Positions 50,719 through 64,000 of a stretch of 64,000 nucleotides of DNA are shown here, piece after piece (position 1 is the first letter of the stretch; each line of letters opens with the position of its first letter). Origin of the DNA: Haliotis cracherodii (taxonomy: Eukaryota); contig NW_027266272.1 of assembly GCF_022045235.1 (NCBI RefSeq), forward strand, positions 4,340,001 to 4,404,000. The letters are read 5' to 3'. The notes under the pieces are model-generated. The model made no database searches. It worked only from the letters and a program-made list of their open reading frames with translations, and was not told where the DNA came from. The translations under genes were made by a program, and so were the position numbers.

Positions 50719-52431
50719 TCACATTTCCATCGGGAAGATTCGGCTCAGGAGTCGGCATTGAAGCAGCTGTTGGCTGAGACCTGTCAGATACAAAGTGAAC
50801 AAGATACGTTAAAATATATCCTGTACATTTTTGTCACGAAAATTATTTGTGTTTTTAGTACAATGTGAAATACACATACAGAAAGCGAAGGCGATGACCT
50901 GATGGTAGCTGTGTCGATACTCTTTTCAATTGCTTTCTCTCTTGGAAGTCACGTGATGTGACCTAGTAACAGGCTACCGTAGCCATTTCTCGAAATAAAG
51001 TTAATGTCCTGGATGGATAGTTGCAAGTTCTTGATATATAATAATAATGAAATGGTGGTGAAGTACTTTTTCTAGATGAATATATCACGCCCATCGATGT
51101 TAGATGGGAACTGGACTGTTCTGTCATGCAGTACTCCTGTACAAATGTAATTGTTAAATTTAGAGGTAGTCAACGAGCGCACAATCCAAGCTCGGCTTAA
51201 TCCTAAAACGAGGTTTTTAGTATCGTGCTAATTTTAGCGCCATTGTATACTAAACACAGGTTGTTAGTTTTGCTGTGTTAGGCGCCATATGCAGAAGACA
51301 TTCTATTGTCATGTGTTACTTCAGCTCTTCCTGTCTTTGAGAATCGTTCTATTGCTTCTATGTACAACCCCCATGATTACCTGAATTGCCAAACAGTCCT
51401 CCCATCCCGCCAGCGCCACCTGCACCACCTGCGCCACCAAACGGGCTACCCGCACCACCCAAACCTCCACTCAAGGCCAGCAGTGCTCCAAGTCCTGTAA
51501 CAGAAGTTCAGTCAGTGAGTGAGTGGTATGGTTTCACGTTGTTTGGAAATTCATATAAATCACAGCAGGATACGTGTGAGGAAAACTCAATGTCATGTCA
51601 GCTGGAGACGTTATGGTCCTTGATTAAATCCACAACACTGGTATTGTGACGATAGACCAGGGATCATAATGGGAGATTTGAACCTGGAAATGGCAGTTGA
51701 AGGACCGATACCACTCTGCCACCAAAATGTCCTAGGTTAAACAGGAACTAATTGACATAATTGACAGAAACAGCCATACAGAAACACCAGCCAGTACCAC
51801 ATGGTTAATTACGTCAAAGTTAACATGAGTGAGTGAGTTAAAATTTAAAGTCATATCAGCAGTATTTCAGCTGTGCTAGGACTCGTCAATATGATATACA
51901 TGTAATGTAGTGTGTGTGAGTGTGGTTAAATGCTCCTTTCACATATCTTAAACTTTACAAGTCACTGACATTGAAAATTAGGAGATAAACATTATGCATG
52001 AATACTCAATGAAACCCACAAATCTAAACACATTCTGTTTATTGGGGCATTGTATAATACAGAAGTTATCAGTATTTTCCCGTACGTGAAAACTGTAACA
52101 GTTTAATGACGTCACTCTGCAATGGTTTGGCGTCATGATAAAATAATTTCATGAGTTTCTGTTTATCTACATTGAAGTTCTTCTTACAAATATTAATTAA
52201 ACTTAATGTAGTATTAGTGTGGTATTGTGCCAAACAGAATGGTACGTTGTCGTTGAAAAAGGTTACGCATCAAGAATAAGAATTCACACACAATGACATT
52301 GCAGCACACACTCCCATGCATTTTACAGCCGTATAGTAATACAACCTTAATGCTAATATATATTTACCTTGAGCTGACGCTGTTGCAGCAAAGACGGCGA
52401 CAAGGACAACAATCAAAACTGAAGAATTCAT
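50719..52431 (-). CDS. Small secreted glycine-rich protein, copy E (79 aa)
   Basis: Exons (minus) 52431-52368, 51494-51381, 50780-50719. (GGA)3, intact. Confidence 0.88.
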
Positions 52432-54019
52432 GGTTGAAGCAAGAAAGTTGCGAACAGAACCGTTCTGTGCGAGAGTCAGGATGGTTAATGGAAAGAAGCA
52501 GCCTTCCTTTATATTTATAGAGATTCCTCCTCAACATCCAGTCCTTTGTAGCTTTTGATGCAAATGACATTCAGGGTGTATTACAAGGTCACAATGACAA
52601 GGTATCTAGTGATAATCTCTTTATGATGGCACATATTTATGAGACAAAGAGAAAGTGGTTTTAATGGCGCGTGTATGTGTGAAGAGTTCATCTTTCGGAG
52701 GCGTTGGACGTTGTCCTTAGGCGACCCCCTTATGAGGACAAATGGATTTTATCCCACAAGTGAACGGTTTAAGTTGATATAACTTGTACCAAAACTTTCT
52801 TACTCTGTGTAAATAAAACATTTTTAAATCAAACCAAATCTACCCTAATAAGGTATATCATTCAAATGCAATAAGTGAACAACATCGTTATTGTTTTCGC
52901 AGCAGGCAATACTTGAATTTCAAAGAAAGAAATTTGGATTGCTTAAAATATTTGTATCTTATTTTTAGCTACAGTTTTACATCTCTATGTATTTATGGCA
53001 ATTGGGAAATGTTTAGGTCGGATGTGTGCATATACACTGAAACCTCTTTAATCCGGACACTACGTTCTGAGTGAAATCGTCCGGATCAATAAATGTCCGG
53101 ATTAACGAATCCTGGGTATGTATGCCCATTACTTGCATGCTGACGTTCCCAACTTTGATGGTTTAGGGGAACTAACGGGGTCCGGGCTAACGAGGGTTCA
53201 TTGTATACACATATAGTCATAATCTACCTACCATGTAGGTAGAAATGTAATGCATGTATACATATGTCACTAGATTGAATCTGCAGTTACTTCTTATGGT
53301 TATGAAAATGAACCTTGTCGCTTGTCCAGTCTTCATCAGTGTTCATCACTGGGGATATCAGATCAAAAGATAGTAGTGTAAAACACCGTCCGTATGCCTA
53401 AATTGTCCTATGTGTCGTTTTGAAAGAGTTAAATTAGTTTCGATGGTTCTAACATCTTCTCAGCCAATCACTGCAAACATTCACGAAACACTCAATAATG
53501 TGTGTTTGCTAACTTTCCCATCCCCATCTTCTATTTGCAGGTCCCTGTAAAGCCTCTGCTGCAGCCGAACTTTCTCCAGCCACAGTCTCTCGTTCTGCGC
53601 GGCACAGTGATTTTAAACCCATAATCAAAATATATATACGACATTTTATGCAAAAACGATGGGACGCTCAGATCGATGTCACTACAACGAAAGAAATTCA
53701 ACCAAATGTCGGTCATACCTGCAACACAACCACGGCAAACCGTGGCATTACGTAAGCTATATTTACGGTTAAACAATCAGTGTGTGCTGTTCGCATAAAT
53801 ATGTGAATATCACGCTTATCCACATTGTGAATATTAAAAAGTTCGCCATCATATTTATTGAAAATGTGACATAGCGTTAATAACTCATTGTGAGTACGGT
53901 TTTACGCTGCTTTTAGCAATAATGTATTATCAGGACGGGGGCAACAGAAACGTGTTTTACTCATTTTGTCCATGTTCGCAATGAAATCCCATATGCTACA
54001 CGACTGCTATAACGGCTTG

Positions 54020-55040
54020 GCTACCCGAAATATACATGATTTATTACGACTGGCAGTCAGGATCAAAGTAACGGGTGGTATTTGATACCCGAAATATTCC
54101 TGATGGATCACGACTGGCAGTCAGGATCAAAGTAACGGGTGGTATTTGATGCCCGAAATATTCAAGATTCATTCTGACTGGCAGTCAGGATAAGAGTAGC
54201 CGTGATATTTGATACCCGAAATATACAGGATTGTTTACGACTGGCAGTCAGTATAAGAGTAACAGGGATATTTGATACCCGAAATATACAGGATTTTTTA
54301 CGACTGGCAGTCAGGATAAGAGTAACGGGTGATATTTGATACCCGAAATATGCAGAATTGTTTACGACTGGCAGTCAGGATAAGAGTAACGGGTGATATT
54401 TGATACCCGAAATATACAGGATTTCTTTCGACTGGCAGTCAGGATAAGAGTAACGGGGATATTTGATACCCGAAATATACAGGATTTTTTCGCAATGAAA
54501 TCCAACATTAACGGCTTGGCTACCCGAAATATACAGGATTTATTACGACTGGCAGTCAGGATCAAAGTAACAGGTGGTATTTGATGCCCGAAATATTCCT
54601 GATTGATCACGACTGGCAGTCAGGATCAAAGTAACGGGTGGTATTTGTTGCCCGAAATATTCAAGATTCATTCTGACTGGCAGTCAGGATAAGAGTATTG
54701 GGGATATTTGATACCCGAAATATACAAGATTCATTCTGACTGGCAGTCAGGATAAGAGTAGCCGTGATATTTGATACCCGAAATATACAGGATTTTTTAC
54801 GACTGGCAGTCAGTATAAGAGTAACAGGGATATTTGATACCCGAAATATACAGGATTTTTTACGACTGGCAGTCAGGATAAGAGTAACGGGGATATTTGA
54901 TACCCGAAATATACAGGATTTTTTTACGACTGGCAGTCAGGATAAGAGTAACGGGGATATTTGATACCCGAAATATACAGAATTGTTTACGACTGGCAGT
55001 CAGGATCAGACTAACGAATGATATTTGATACCCGAAATAT
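54020..55040. repeat. 63-64-bp minisatellite (~16 units)
   Basis: Paralogue of 47315-49650, with one marker unit at ~54491. Confidence 0.96.
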
Positions 55041-56103
55041 ACTATGTGTAGTTACAGTGGCACTGAACATTACACTACCTTTAGACTTCCGGGTGTCTCT
55101 AGCATAAGATTGGCACAACTTAACCGGAACTGTTCAAATCTGTATTTAGGAAAGTATTTCACCAATGCCTACTTGATACCATGCAAGTATAAACATTTCT
55201 TGAATGTCATATCTTGAGTCACAAGATTACCTTTCTTTTCGCTACTTTTCTGTAAATCCTAAACGTACATTGCTTCAAAGTAACAATGCTAGTTGCTAAG
55301 AGTGATTTCGTACTAAACACTGGAAACAATTACATTAAGTATTGATATTTCCGGACTATCGGGCGACCAGGTGGTTAAAGATATGGACAATTTACTACTT
55401 TCACCACAAGCAGAACACAGTTAGGTGCATGGGTCATGCTAAAAATGCAGTGTGTGTTGAATGTGTTCATGTAACATTGTTTAGTAACTGTTGAAAATGT
55501 TAATATTTTGTATTTCTGCAATAGTATTTTATTACAGCAGCTCTTGTTGGACTCAAGTTGGACAGCAAGACCATGGTGTGTTCTTGTGGAGACCGGAGCA
55601 AGGGCGGCCCAGGGGTTTAAAGCACTACACGTCACTGATGTTGAGTGTGTTCCATGTCTGCCGGTGCCCGATGATCGCAGGTACAAGTACCAGATTCGCC
55701 CTGATTATGTTCCATGGTTTTGTCAGCACCTTACACGTGCTTGTTGGTTTGACAAAACGATAAACGTCAAAGTCGTGTGTCAGTTTAGCCTTTCCTCATA
55801 CGTTATGCCGAAGAACTGAACCAGACCAGATACAATGAACAACATTCACGCCGTCGGTTTTCCAAGATACGCAGTCTACCAAGTCATGGAGCCTGACCAC
55901 CCGATCTATTGAGTCGCCTCGTACGGCAGGCATAGTTGTTGGGAATCACTTCTAACTTTCCCCATAAAAGAGAATAAAGAGCAAACACACCAGTTGTTAT
56001 TGAATACCTTGTTTATTGATAAATGATTAATCAATTGTACATGTTTGACAATTTGTGATGAATGATTGCCATTGCAGTATTTCCAGAATTCCCATGGACA
56101 CCT

Positions 56104-57995
56104 TCACATTTCCATCGGGAAGATTCGGCTCAGGAGTCGGCATTGAAGCAGCTGTTGGCTGAGACCTGTCAGATACAAAGTGAACAAGATACGTTAAAAT
56201 ATATCCTGTACATTTTTGTCACGAAAATTATTTGTGTTTTTAGTACAATGTGAAATACACATATAGAAAGCGAAGGCGATGAGCTTACGACCTGATGGTA
56301 GCTGTGTCGATACTCTTTTCAATTGCTTTCTCTCTTGGAAGTCACGTGATGTGACCTAGTAACAGGCTACTGTAGTCATTTCTCGAAATAAAGTTAATGT
56401 CCTGGATGGATAGTTGCGAGTTCTTGATATATAATAATAATGAAATGGTGGGGAAGTACTTTTTCTAGATGAATATATCACGCCCATCGATGTTAGATGG
56501 GAACTGTACTGCTCTGTCATGCAGTACTCCTGTACAAATGTAATTGTTAAATTTAGAGGTAGTCAACGAGCGCACAATCCAAGCTCGGCTTAATCCTAAA
56601 ACGAGGTTTTTAGTATCGTGCTAATTTTAGCGCCATTGTATACTAAACACAGGTTGTTAGTTTTGCTGTGTTAGGCGCCATGTGCAGAAGACATTCTATT
56701 GTCATGTGTTACTTCAGCTCTTCCTGTCTTTGAGAATCGTTCTATTGCTTCTATGTACAACCCCTATGATTACCTGAATTGCCAAACAGTCCTCCCATCC
56801 CGCCAGCGCCACCTGCACCACCTGCGCCACCAAACGGGCTACCCGCACCACCCAAACCTCCACTCAAGGCCAGCAGTGCTCCAAGTCCTGTAACAGAAGT
56901 TCATGCAGTGAGTGAGTGGTATGGTTTAACGTTGTTTGGAAATTCATATAAATCACAGCAGGATACGTGTAAGGAAAACTCAATGTCATGTCAGCTGCCC
57001 AGAGACGTTATGGTCCTTGATTAAATCCACAACACTGGTATTGTGACAATAGACCAGGGATCATAATGGGAGATTTGAACCCGGAACTTGCAGTTGAAGG
57101 ACCGATACCACTCTACCACCACAATGTTCTAGGTTAAACAGGAACTACGTGACATAATTGACAGAAACAGCCAAACAGAAACACCAGCCAGTACCACATG
57201 GTTAATTAGTTGGTTGGTTGGTTGGTTAGTTGTTTAACGCCGCACTCAGCAATATTCCAGCTATATGACGGCGGTCTGTAAATAATCGAGTCTGGACCAG
57301 ACATTCCAGTGAGTAATATCATGAGCATCGATCCACACAATTGGATCAATGACATGCATCAACCAAGTCAGCGAGCCTGACCACCTTATCCCGTGAGTCG
57401 CCTTTTACGACAAGCATAGTCGCCTTTTACAGCAAGCATGGGTTGCTGAAGACCTATTCTACCCCAGATCTCCACGGGTCTTACTTCATCGTGAACATGA
57501 GTGCGTGAGTTTAAATTTAAAGTCAAATCGGCAGTATTTCAGCTGTGCTAGGACTCGTCAATATGATATACATGTAATGTAGGGTGTGTGAGTGTGGTTA
57601 AATGCTCCTTTCACATATCTTAAACTTAACAAGTCACTGACATTGAAAATTAGGAGATAAAGATTATGCGTGAATACTCAATGAAACCCACAAATCTAAA
57701 CACATTCTGTTTATTGGGGCATTGCATAATACAAAAGTTATCAGTATTTTTCCGTAGTGCTCTCTCCCTACGTGAACTGTCGCAGTTCAATGACGACACT
57801 CTACAATGCCTTGGCGTCATGATAAAAAAGATAAAAAGAAAAAGTATTCACACGCAATGACATTGCAGCACACACACCCATGCATTTTACAGCCGTATAG
57901 TAATACAACCTTAATGCTTATATATATTTACCTTGAGCTGACGCTGTTGCAGCAAAGACGGCGACAAGGACAACAATCAAAATCGATGAATTCAT
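56104..57995 (-). CDS. Small secreted glycine-rich protein, copy F (79 aa)
   Basis: Exons (minus) 57995-57932, 56887-56774, 56165-56104. Starts MNSSILIV, (GGA)3, intact. Confidence 0.88.
57209..57480 (-). mobile_element. SINE-like element, family 1, full length, in intron 1 of copy F
   Basis: Starts GACCCGTGGAGATCTGGGGTAGAATAGGTCTTCAGC and ends in (CAAC)n. Flanked by TTA on both sides. Empty site GGTTAATTACGTC in copies C, D and E. Confidence 0.9.
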
Positions 57996-60287
57996 GGTTG
58001 AAGCAAGAAAGTTGCGAGCAGAACCGTTCTGTGTGAGAGTCAGGATGGTTAATGGAAAGAAGCAGCCTTCCTTTATATTTATAGAGATTCCTCCTCAACA
58101 TCCAGTCCTTTGTAGCTTTTGATGCAAATGCTATTCAGGGTGTATGGCAAGGTCACAATGACAAGGTATCTAGTGATAATCTCTTTATGATGGCACATAT
58201 TTATGAGACAAAGAGAAAGTGGTTTTAATGGCGCGTGTATGTGTGAAGAGTTCATCTTTCGGAGGCGTTGGACGTTGTCCTTAGGCGACCCCTTTATGAG
58301 GACAAATGGATTTCATCTCACAAGTGAACGGTTTTAGTTGATATAACTTGTACCAAAACTTTCTTACTCTGTGTAAATAAAACATTTTTTAATCAAACCA
58401 AATCTACCCTAATAAGGTATATTATTCAATGCAGTTAGTGAACAACATCATTATTGTATTCGCAGCAGGCAATACTTGTATTTCAAAGAAAGAAATTTGG
58501 ATTGCTTAAGATAGTTGTATCTTATTTTTAGCTACAGTTTTACATCTCTATGTATTTATAGCAAATGGGAATTTAGGTCGGATGTGTGCATATACACTGA
58601 AACCTCTTTAATCCGGACACTACGTTCTAAGTGGAATCGTCCGGATCAATAAATGTCCGGATTAACGAATCCTGGGTATGTATGCCCATTACTTGCATGC
58701 TGACGTTCCCAACTTTGATGGTTTAGGGGAACTAACGGGGTCCGGGCTAACGAGGGTTCATTGTATACACATATAGTCATAATCTACCTACCATGTAGGT
58801 AGAAATGTAATGCATGTATACATATGTCACTAGATTGTATCTGCAGTTACTTCTTATGGTTATGAAAAAGAATCTTGTCGTTTTTATTCATTCACAATAT
58901 TGTGTTTTGTAGGGTTTCAAAGGAAGTCTCACAGACCCTGCATTTAACGTACTAAACCTGCCCCAGTCAGTAATAGTGTTGTTATTTTAGCTGTATAGGG
59001 AATGGGTACACCATGACAATTTGAATAAAGGTATAAATAACAGAATTTTGCATTTTTAGATAAAATGCACCACATTTAATAAACCGTCAAACATAACATA
59101 TTGAAAGAAATCATTTCATGTGTGCATTTAGGTATTTCTTTCAACTTACAAAGTTCAGGCGACATCGCCTTGATAACCTCTAACCTCTATACCATGACCT
59201 GGCCCAACGATGTTAAATAGTTGTAACGTGACAGGTGATAGGTGAATCACTTGTTTCATAAACTGCAAACTGCTCAGCTAAATTGTCAGTATTATTATGA
59301 AAATTGATATCAGTATGTAGTATGCGGAATAACATTATAATATTGTACGATTCCGACAATATATATGCATATGTGTATGAATTTCTATCAAATTATGATG
59401 ATACATCTTTTTCAGTCTTAGATTTTGGAACCATCTGCTCTTTAGGCGAGCACAAGGGCATGCATTCTGTGTATGTTTTCACAGCTGTGTTATCGCAAAT
59501 GTGTACAGAATTCCAATTCGATTTTAAACATGATCGCTACGGCAGCAATATTAAAACCGGCATTTTTGCCTTTTTCGCAAAACTATTTGCATATGTCATT
59601 ATGAAATACCAATTGCAGTAAGTACTAAGGACGAGATACTTTGTTAAAGAGGAGATTATTGTCGAGTCTTTAATTCAAAGTTATCTCAAAATTTCGTTTT
59701 TCCGTCCACCCTAATTTCCAATCATGACGTAAAAACCGATGAATAAGGACTGGTTGGTTTCTGACTGATCATAGAGACAAGGTCTGGTTTGCCAGACTCA
59801 AACTCGAGCCTTTTCAAAACCCCGAATCTATTGCATGTGGCATAAAACAATATTCATTAAACATCGTTAACAATATTTTTATGTATGTGGTGGCACAGAT
59901 GTACAGCGCACAGGTCACAAATCAAGTGAAGTTGAGGAACGTTGCTCGCAGGGAGAAAATGGAGGAGGGGACTGTGTTCAGCAGCTTCACCCCTGAAGAG
60001 TTTCTGGGGCTTTGGCCCTGCTACGATTCCCTCTATGACATAATCGTGTGTTAATGAATCAAACAATGAAGAAATACCAGGTGTTCGCGGAAAGTTAGCG
60101 TATCCTGCGCCGGTCTAGTATCTCCCGCCATAGTATTGCTGGAACATTGCCATAACCGGCGTAAAACCAATTTCACACTCACTGATAAAGGCAGACCGTT
60201 GTATATTTTCGGAAGGCTGGGATTTGGTTAAAAAGTCATTTTTTTTAGCAAATACTGTGGAAAATACTAGTTCAGGTGTAACACTGT

Positions 60288-63150
60288 TCAATCAATCTTT
60301 ATTCATGGTACTTATGAGGCCAAAGGCCTATAGTACAATGTGTGGGGCATGTTACAAATTCATACATTTTCTTAGTTTCATGGCATGATAAATGAACATT
60401 GATAGATTTCTAATAGTTTCTGTACAATCACAAGTCATTAATTTACAAAATTTGTTACCGTTTGGGTTGCGGTAGAAATAGTTATTTAGATATTTTGCTC
60501 TTAAATCTTCATACACTGGACATACACATAAAAAGTGATATTCATCTTCAGTACAATCAGTTTTACAAATCCTACAAAGTCTGTGTTCTCTTGCAATACC
60601 TTCATATCTGCCTGTTTCAATAAATAGATCATGTGAGCCACAACGGAATCGAGAAAGAGCTGTTCTAAACTTATGTAAATTTACACTTAATAGATAAGGT
60701 TCTAGTATAATAGTAGTCTTAAATGTAGTGTAATAGTTTGCTTTTCTAGAACTAAGCAAAGAACAATGCCATTTTTGAATGTACATATCTTTTAAAGTCT
60801 GTGTCAAACGGGAGAAGAAATGTTGTGGCATATCTACATGTTGCTGTAACCAAATATAACCATATCCACATTCGTATAACATGTTTTTAACTTTTGATGC
60901 CCAATTTTGTTTCCCATGGCTGTCGTAGAGAAGCATCATATTATAACATTTTTTCGGGTATCTTGAAGATGGCATATTTAATAGCTTGACCCAGGATTTA
61001 AAAACCTTTAAATAACTATTGATATACATGGGAAACCGTCCGCATTCACCATATACCCTTGCGTTTTCTGTGCTAGATTTTACCCCCAAGAACCGTTTAC
61101 ATGCATACAAATGTATTTTCTCAGTAACATCCAAATGTTCTAGGCCCCAAATTTCGGATCCATACAATAGCATCGGGCTTATTTTTGTATCAAATATTTT
61201 AAATAAACATCATATGTAACATTGTCCAGAACTCTAAGACTTTTTAATATGCCTGCAAAAATTTTCTTGGCTTGCAATGAAATGTTATGTGTATTCCTTG
61301 ACCAAGTTAATCTACTTGTAAAACACAAGCCTAAGTATTTATAAAATGGAACAACTTCTACAGGCTTCCTTCTGTAAAACCATTTTTCTTTTCTGGATAT
61401 GTTACCACCATTTTTAAAAACTACAACTTTGGTTTTATCCATATTTACAGTAAGTTTTGACTCGTCACAATAACTCTCTAATACATGTATTTGCTTTTGC
61501 AGGCCAGGTATTGTGCTCGAGAACATGACTATATCGTCAGCGAAAAGAAACAGAAATAATTTAATAGTTTCGGGGTGCAGTTGTATTCCATCAGTGCAAT
61601 TTTTTTGGATTTGATATGCCAAATCATTTATGAAAAAGGAAAATAAGAAGGGACTTAATATACACCCTTGTCGGACACCCCTGCTACTTACAAAAGTATC
61701 CGATATAGCGCCATTGTTCGGTACACATACCTTCACATTTTTATATAGAGAGCATAATAACTTTCCAATTTTGCTACTTAGCCCATGTCTTTGAAAGTGT
61801 GACCACAAGTTATCCCTTTTCACAGAGTCAAAAGCTTTTGCAAAATCTACGAATACAGCATATAGCTTCCCTCGTTTCACTGATAGATATCTCTGAATTA
61901 TAGAATATAGGATAAAAGCATTCTCAGTGGTGGAGTATCCTTTTCTAAAACCTGCTTGTGACTCACTTATCTTATCCAAAGAATCCGCCCAGAAAACAAG
62001 TCTCTTGTTAATAATTGAAGTAAATATTTTACTGAATGTACTTAGGAGAGTTATGCCTCTGTAATTATTAACATCGCTGGTTGCGCCCTGTTTGTGAAGA
62101 GGGACAATAATGCCAACTGTCCAATTATCTGGAAAATATGATCTCTCTAAAAGGATATTAAAAATTAGTTCCAAATATGGTATTAAAATGTCTGAGGAAT
62201 GTTTAAAAAACTCTGCTATTACATTATCATTTCCAGATGCCTTATTATCTTTAAGGTTGGATATGCTGTCAATAATTTCCTCTCTAGATATTGGACATTC
62301 AAGAATATCATCTGTTACACTGTCAGCTTTATCTTCCATGAATTCCATGTCAAATAAATTGTTATTGTCATGGCTAAATGGAACTGAAAACAGTTCCTGG
62401 AAATGCTCAAACCAGGCTTGAATATCAATGTCATTTTTGCAATATCTATTTGGTTTAATGGCTTTTAGCGATGACCAAAATGTTTTAGAATTATCTATGC
62501 TTGATTCCAACAGTTTCTGTTTTTGTTCGAAATATTCTGTCTTTTTTTTCCTACAAACATTGTTGTACTGATTTCTTACTCTATTATAGTCGGTTAGTGA
62601 TCCTCTATCCTTATTCTTTCTAAAATTATTTAAACGTCTACATCGCTCCTTTTTAAGTAGCTGGCATTCGCTATCAAACCATTGTTGATCATATTTACAG
62701 TCCTTATTCATTTTCTTCATATCTGATGCAGCAATAATAACAGCTTCAGTGATATACCCAATACTTTCTTCAACATTAACAAATGCTACATCTACAGCCT
62801 TCTCCAGTAAATCATTCGCAGTCCCAGAAATAAGGTTTATTCTAAACTGTTCAGCCTTCTCTTCAACCCACACAAATTTGAAGGAAGCATTGTTACGTGT
62901 ATTGCGTGGCATAGGGTCATTTACTAGAAGCGTACGTAAACTAGTCGTGACAGGAAGGTGTGATGACTCGGCTCGAGACGGAATGTCAAAGCTATGGCAC
63001 ATATCAAACAACTCGGACGAGGCAATAACATAATCCACCACACTCGCACCCTGATTTCCTATAAAAGTAAAATCTCCCACCCCGGCGTCTGACCCGCACC
63101 TTCCATTCATAATATGTATATTTAGTATACTGCATAAATCTAGTAAGCTG
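60288..63150 (-). mobile_element. 5'-truncated non-LTR retrotransposon (LINE; RTE-X/CR1-group-like) with AP-endonuclease end, reverse transcriptase and C-terminal Cys/His motif
   Basis: ORF 61179-63200 contains GASVVDYVIAS (APE C-terminus), NYRGITLL, QAGFRKG, FVDFAKAFDSV, GVRQGCILSPFLF, LFADD and YKYLG. After one frameshift near 61200 it continues KIFDTKISPMLLYGSEIWG..LSRFRCGSHDLFIETGRY..CRIC..EDEYHFLCVC (60352-61173). The 3' end has AATAAA plus a GATTGATTGA tail. Confidence 0.95.
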
Positions 63151-64000
63151 TCTATCGTCCGAAGAGTATATTGCCAGCAATAAAGCTCAACATGAATCAA
63201 AAAGGGATAATCAAGATTGTGCTTGTCTCCTTGACTGACAAGATGGCCATAAATGTAAATCGTCCTGTAATGTGTAGCACCAGCACACAGTCAGTGTCCT
63301 TGAAATTCCTTTCCATAACCTGGCATTGACCCAAAACACCATGTCAAGGAGGAGTAAAAGTAAAATATAGTCATCGTCACTCTTGGCAAAGCAAAGTTCT
63401 TCTCTGATCTTTGAAGTTGCCATCATATGTAGAGTGAATGAGTGAGTATTGTTTACTCACCGCTGTTAGCAATATTCCAGCAATATCACGGCGGGTGACA
63501 CCAGAACTGGGCTTCACACATTGTATGTGTGTGTGTAGCTATGCGTGTGTGGCTGTGTGCGTGCGTGCGTGCGTGCGTGTGGCTGTGTGTGTGGCTGAGC
63601 TTTTGTTATTCGGCGCCGCACTTAGATATATTTCAGATACACCACGGCGGCATGTAATTAATCGAGTCGACAAGACAACCCAGTGGTTGATATTATGAGC
63701 AACGAGCCACGCCGTCCGGGTACCTTGACACGTCATCAACCAACCAGATCACCCACTCTATTAATCGCTTCTCACGACCTTCAAAGGCATACCGGGACAT
63801 GTTTTATCCCGCCTCCCCACGGGGGCTTTTGTAACTTGATATATGAAGCTGGGTTTCAAAACAGTTTAATATGTCCACCCATGCAACAAGACATGAATGA
63901 ATATTACAATTTGTTTAAAATGATTCCCACATGCTCTCTGCTTTAAAATGGGATCACTTCCTATGCAGTTGTCCCTATTGTATTGGCAACAAAAGCGACA

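Larger units (their letters stand above)
46612..58880. repeat. Two recent tandem duplication units (46612-53320 and 53321-58880), each carrying one Gly-rich gene
   Basis: Identical junction CTTGTCG|CTTGTCCAGTC at 46611 and 53320. At 58880 the same left sequence continues into unique DNA. Confidence 0.9.

Noticed and set aside
1-55040. Satellite periods of 21/42/63 as a common helical-phase code
   Set aside because: The long unit alternates between 63 and 64 bp, another array is 49 bp, and the units are largely unrelated. This is likely coincidence.

Overview
Eukaryotic (animal) genomic DNA, AT-rich and repeat-dense, with two N gaps (1454-1605, 38718-39007). The SINE types suggest a mollusc, possibly a gastropod such as abalone, but this is from recall and unverified. 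Most entries in the ORF track are artefacts of repeats. The real genes are spliced and were rebuilt by hand from GT/AG boundaries and paralogue comparison. The window is a tandem/inverted gene cluster of two small secreted-protein families. (1) Three copies of a 4-exon gene (141-142 aa): signal peptide, EGF domain, calcium-binding EGF domain, poly-Asn, short hydrophobic tail ending LF[G/R]EM. (2) Six copies of a 3-exon gene (76-82 aa): signal peptide, Gly-rich (GGA)n segment, single-Cys tail ending LLSRIFPMEM. One EGF gene and one Gly-rich gene sit head-to-head and were duplicated as a pair, and the two families share an hFGN...LS-x-h-F-x(1-2)-EM* C-terminal pattern. Mobile DNA includes: a complete 413-bp TRIM whose LTRs contain a tRNA-like Pol III promoter (Helenus/Cassandra-type); several SINE families with target-site duplications, one with a structured non-tRNA head; a Penelope-type palindrome with a degenerate hammerhead core behind each EGF gene; a decayed Tc1 transposase; pogo-like MITEs; and a 5'-truncated LINE. 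There are four minisatellite families, two of which can be traced to single-copy precursors within the window. No CRISPR array, rRNA gene or intact tRNA gene was found.
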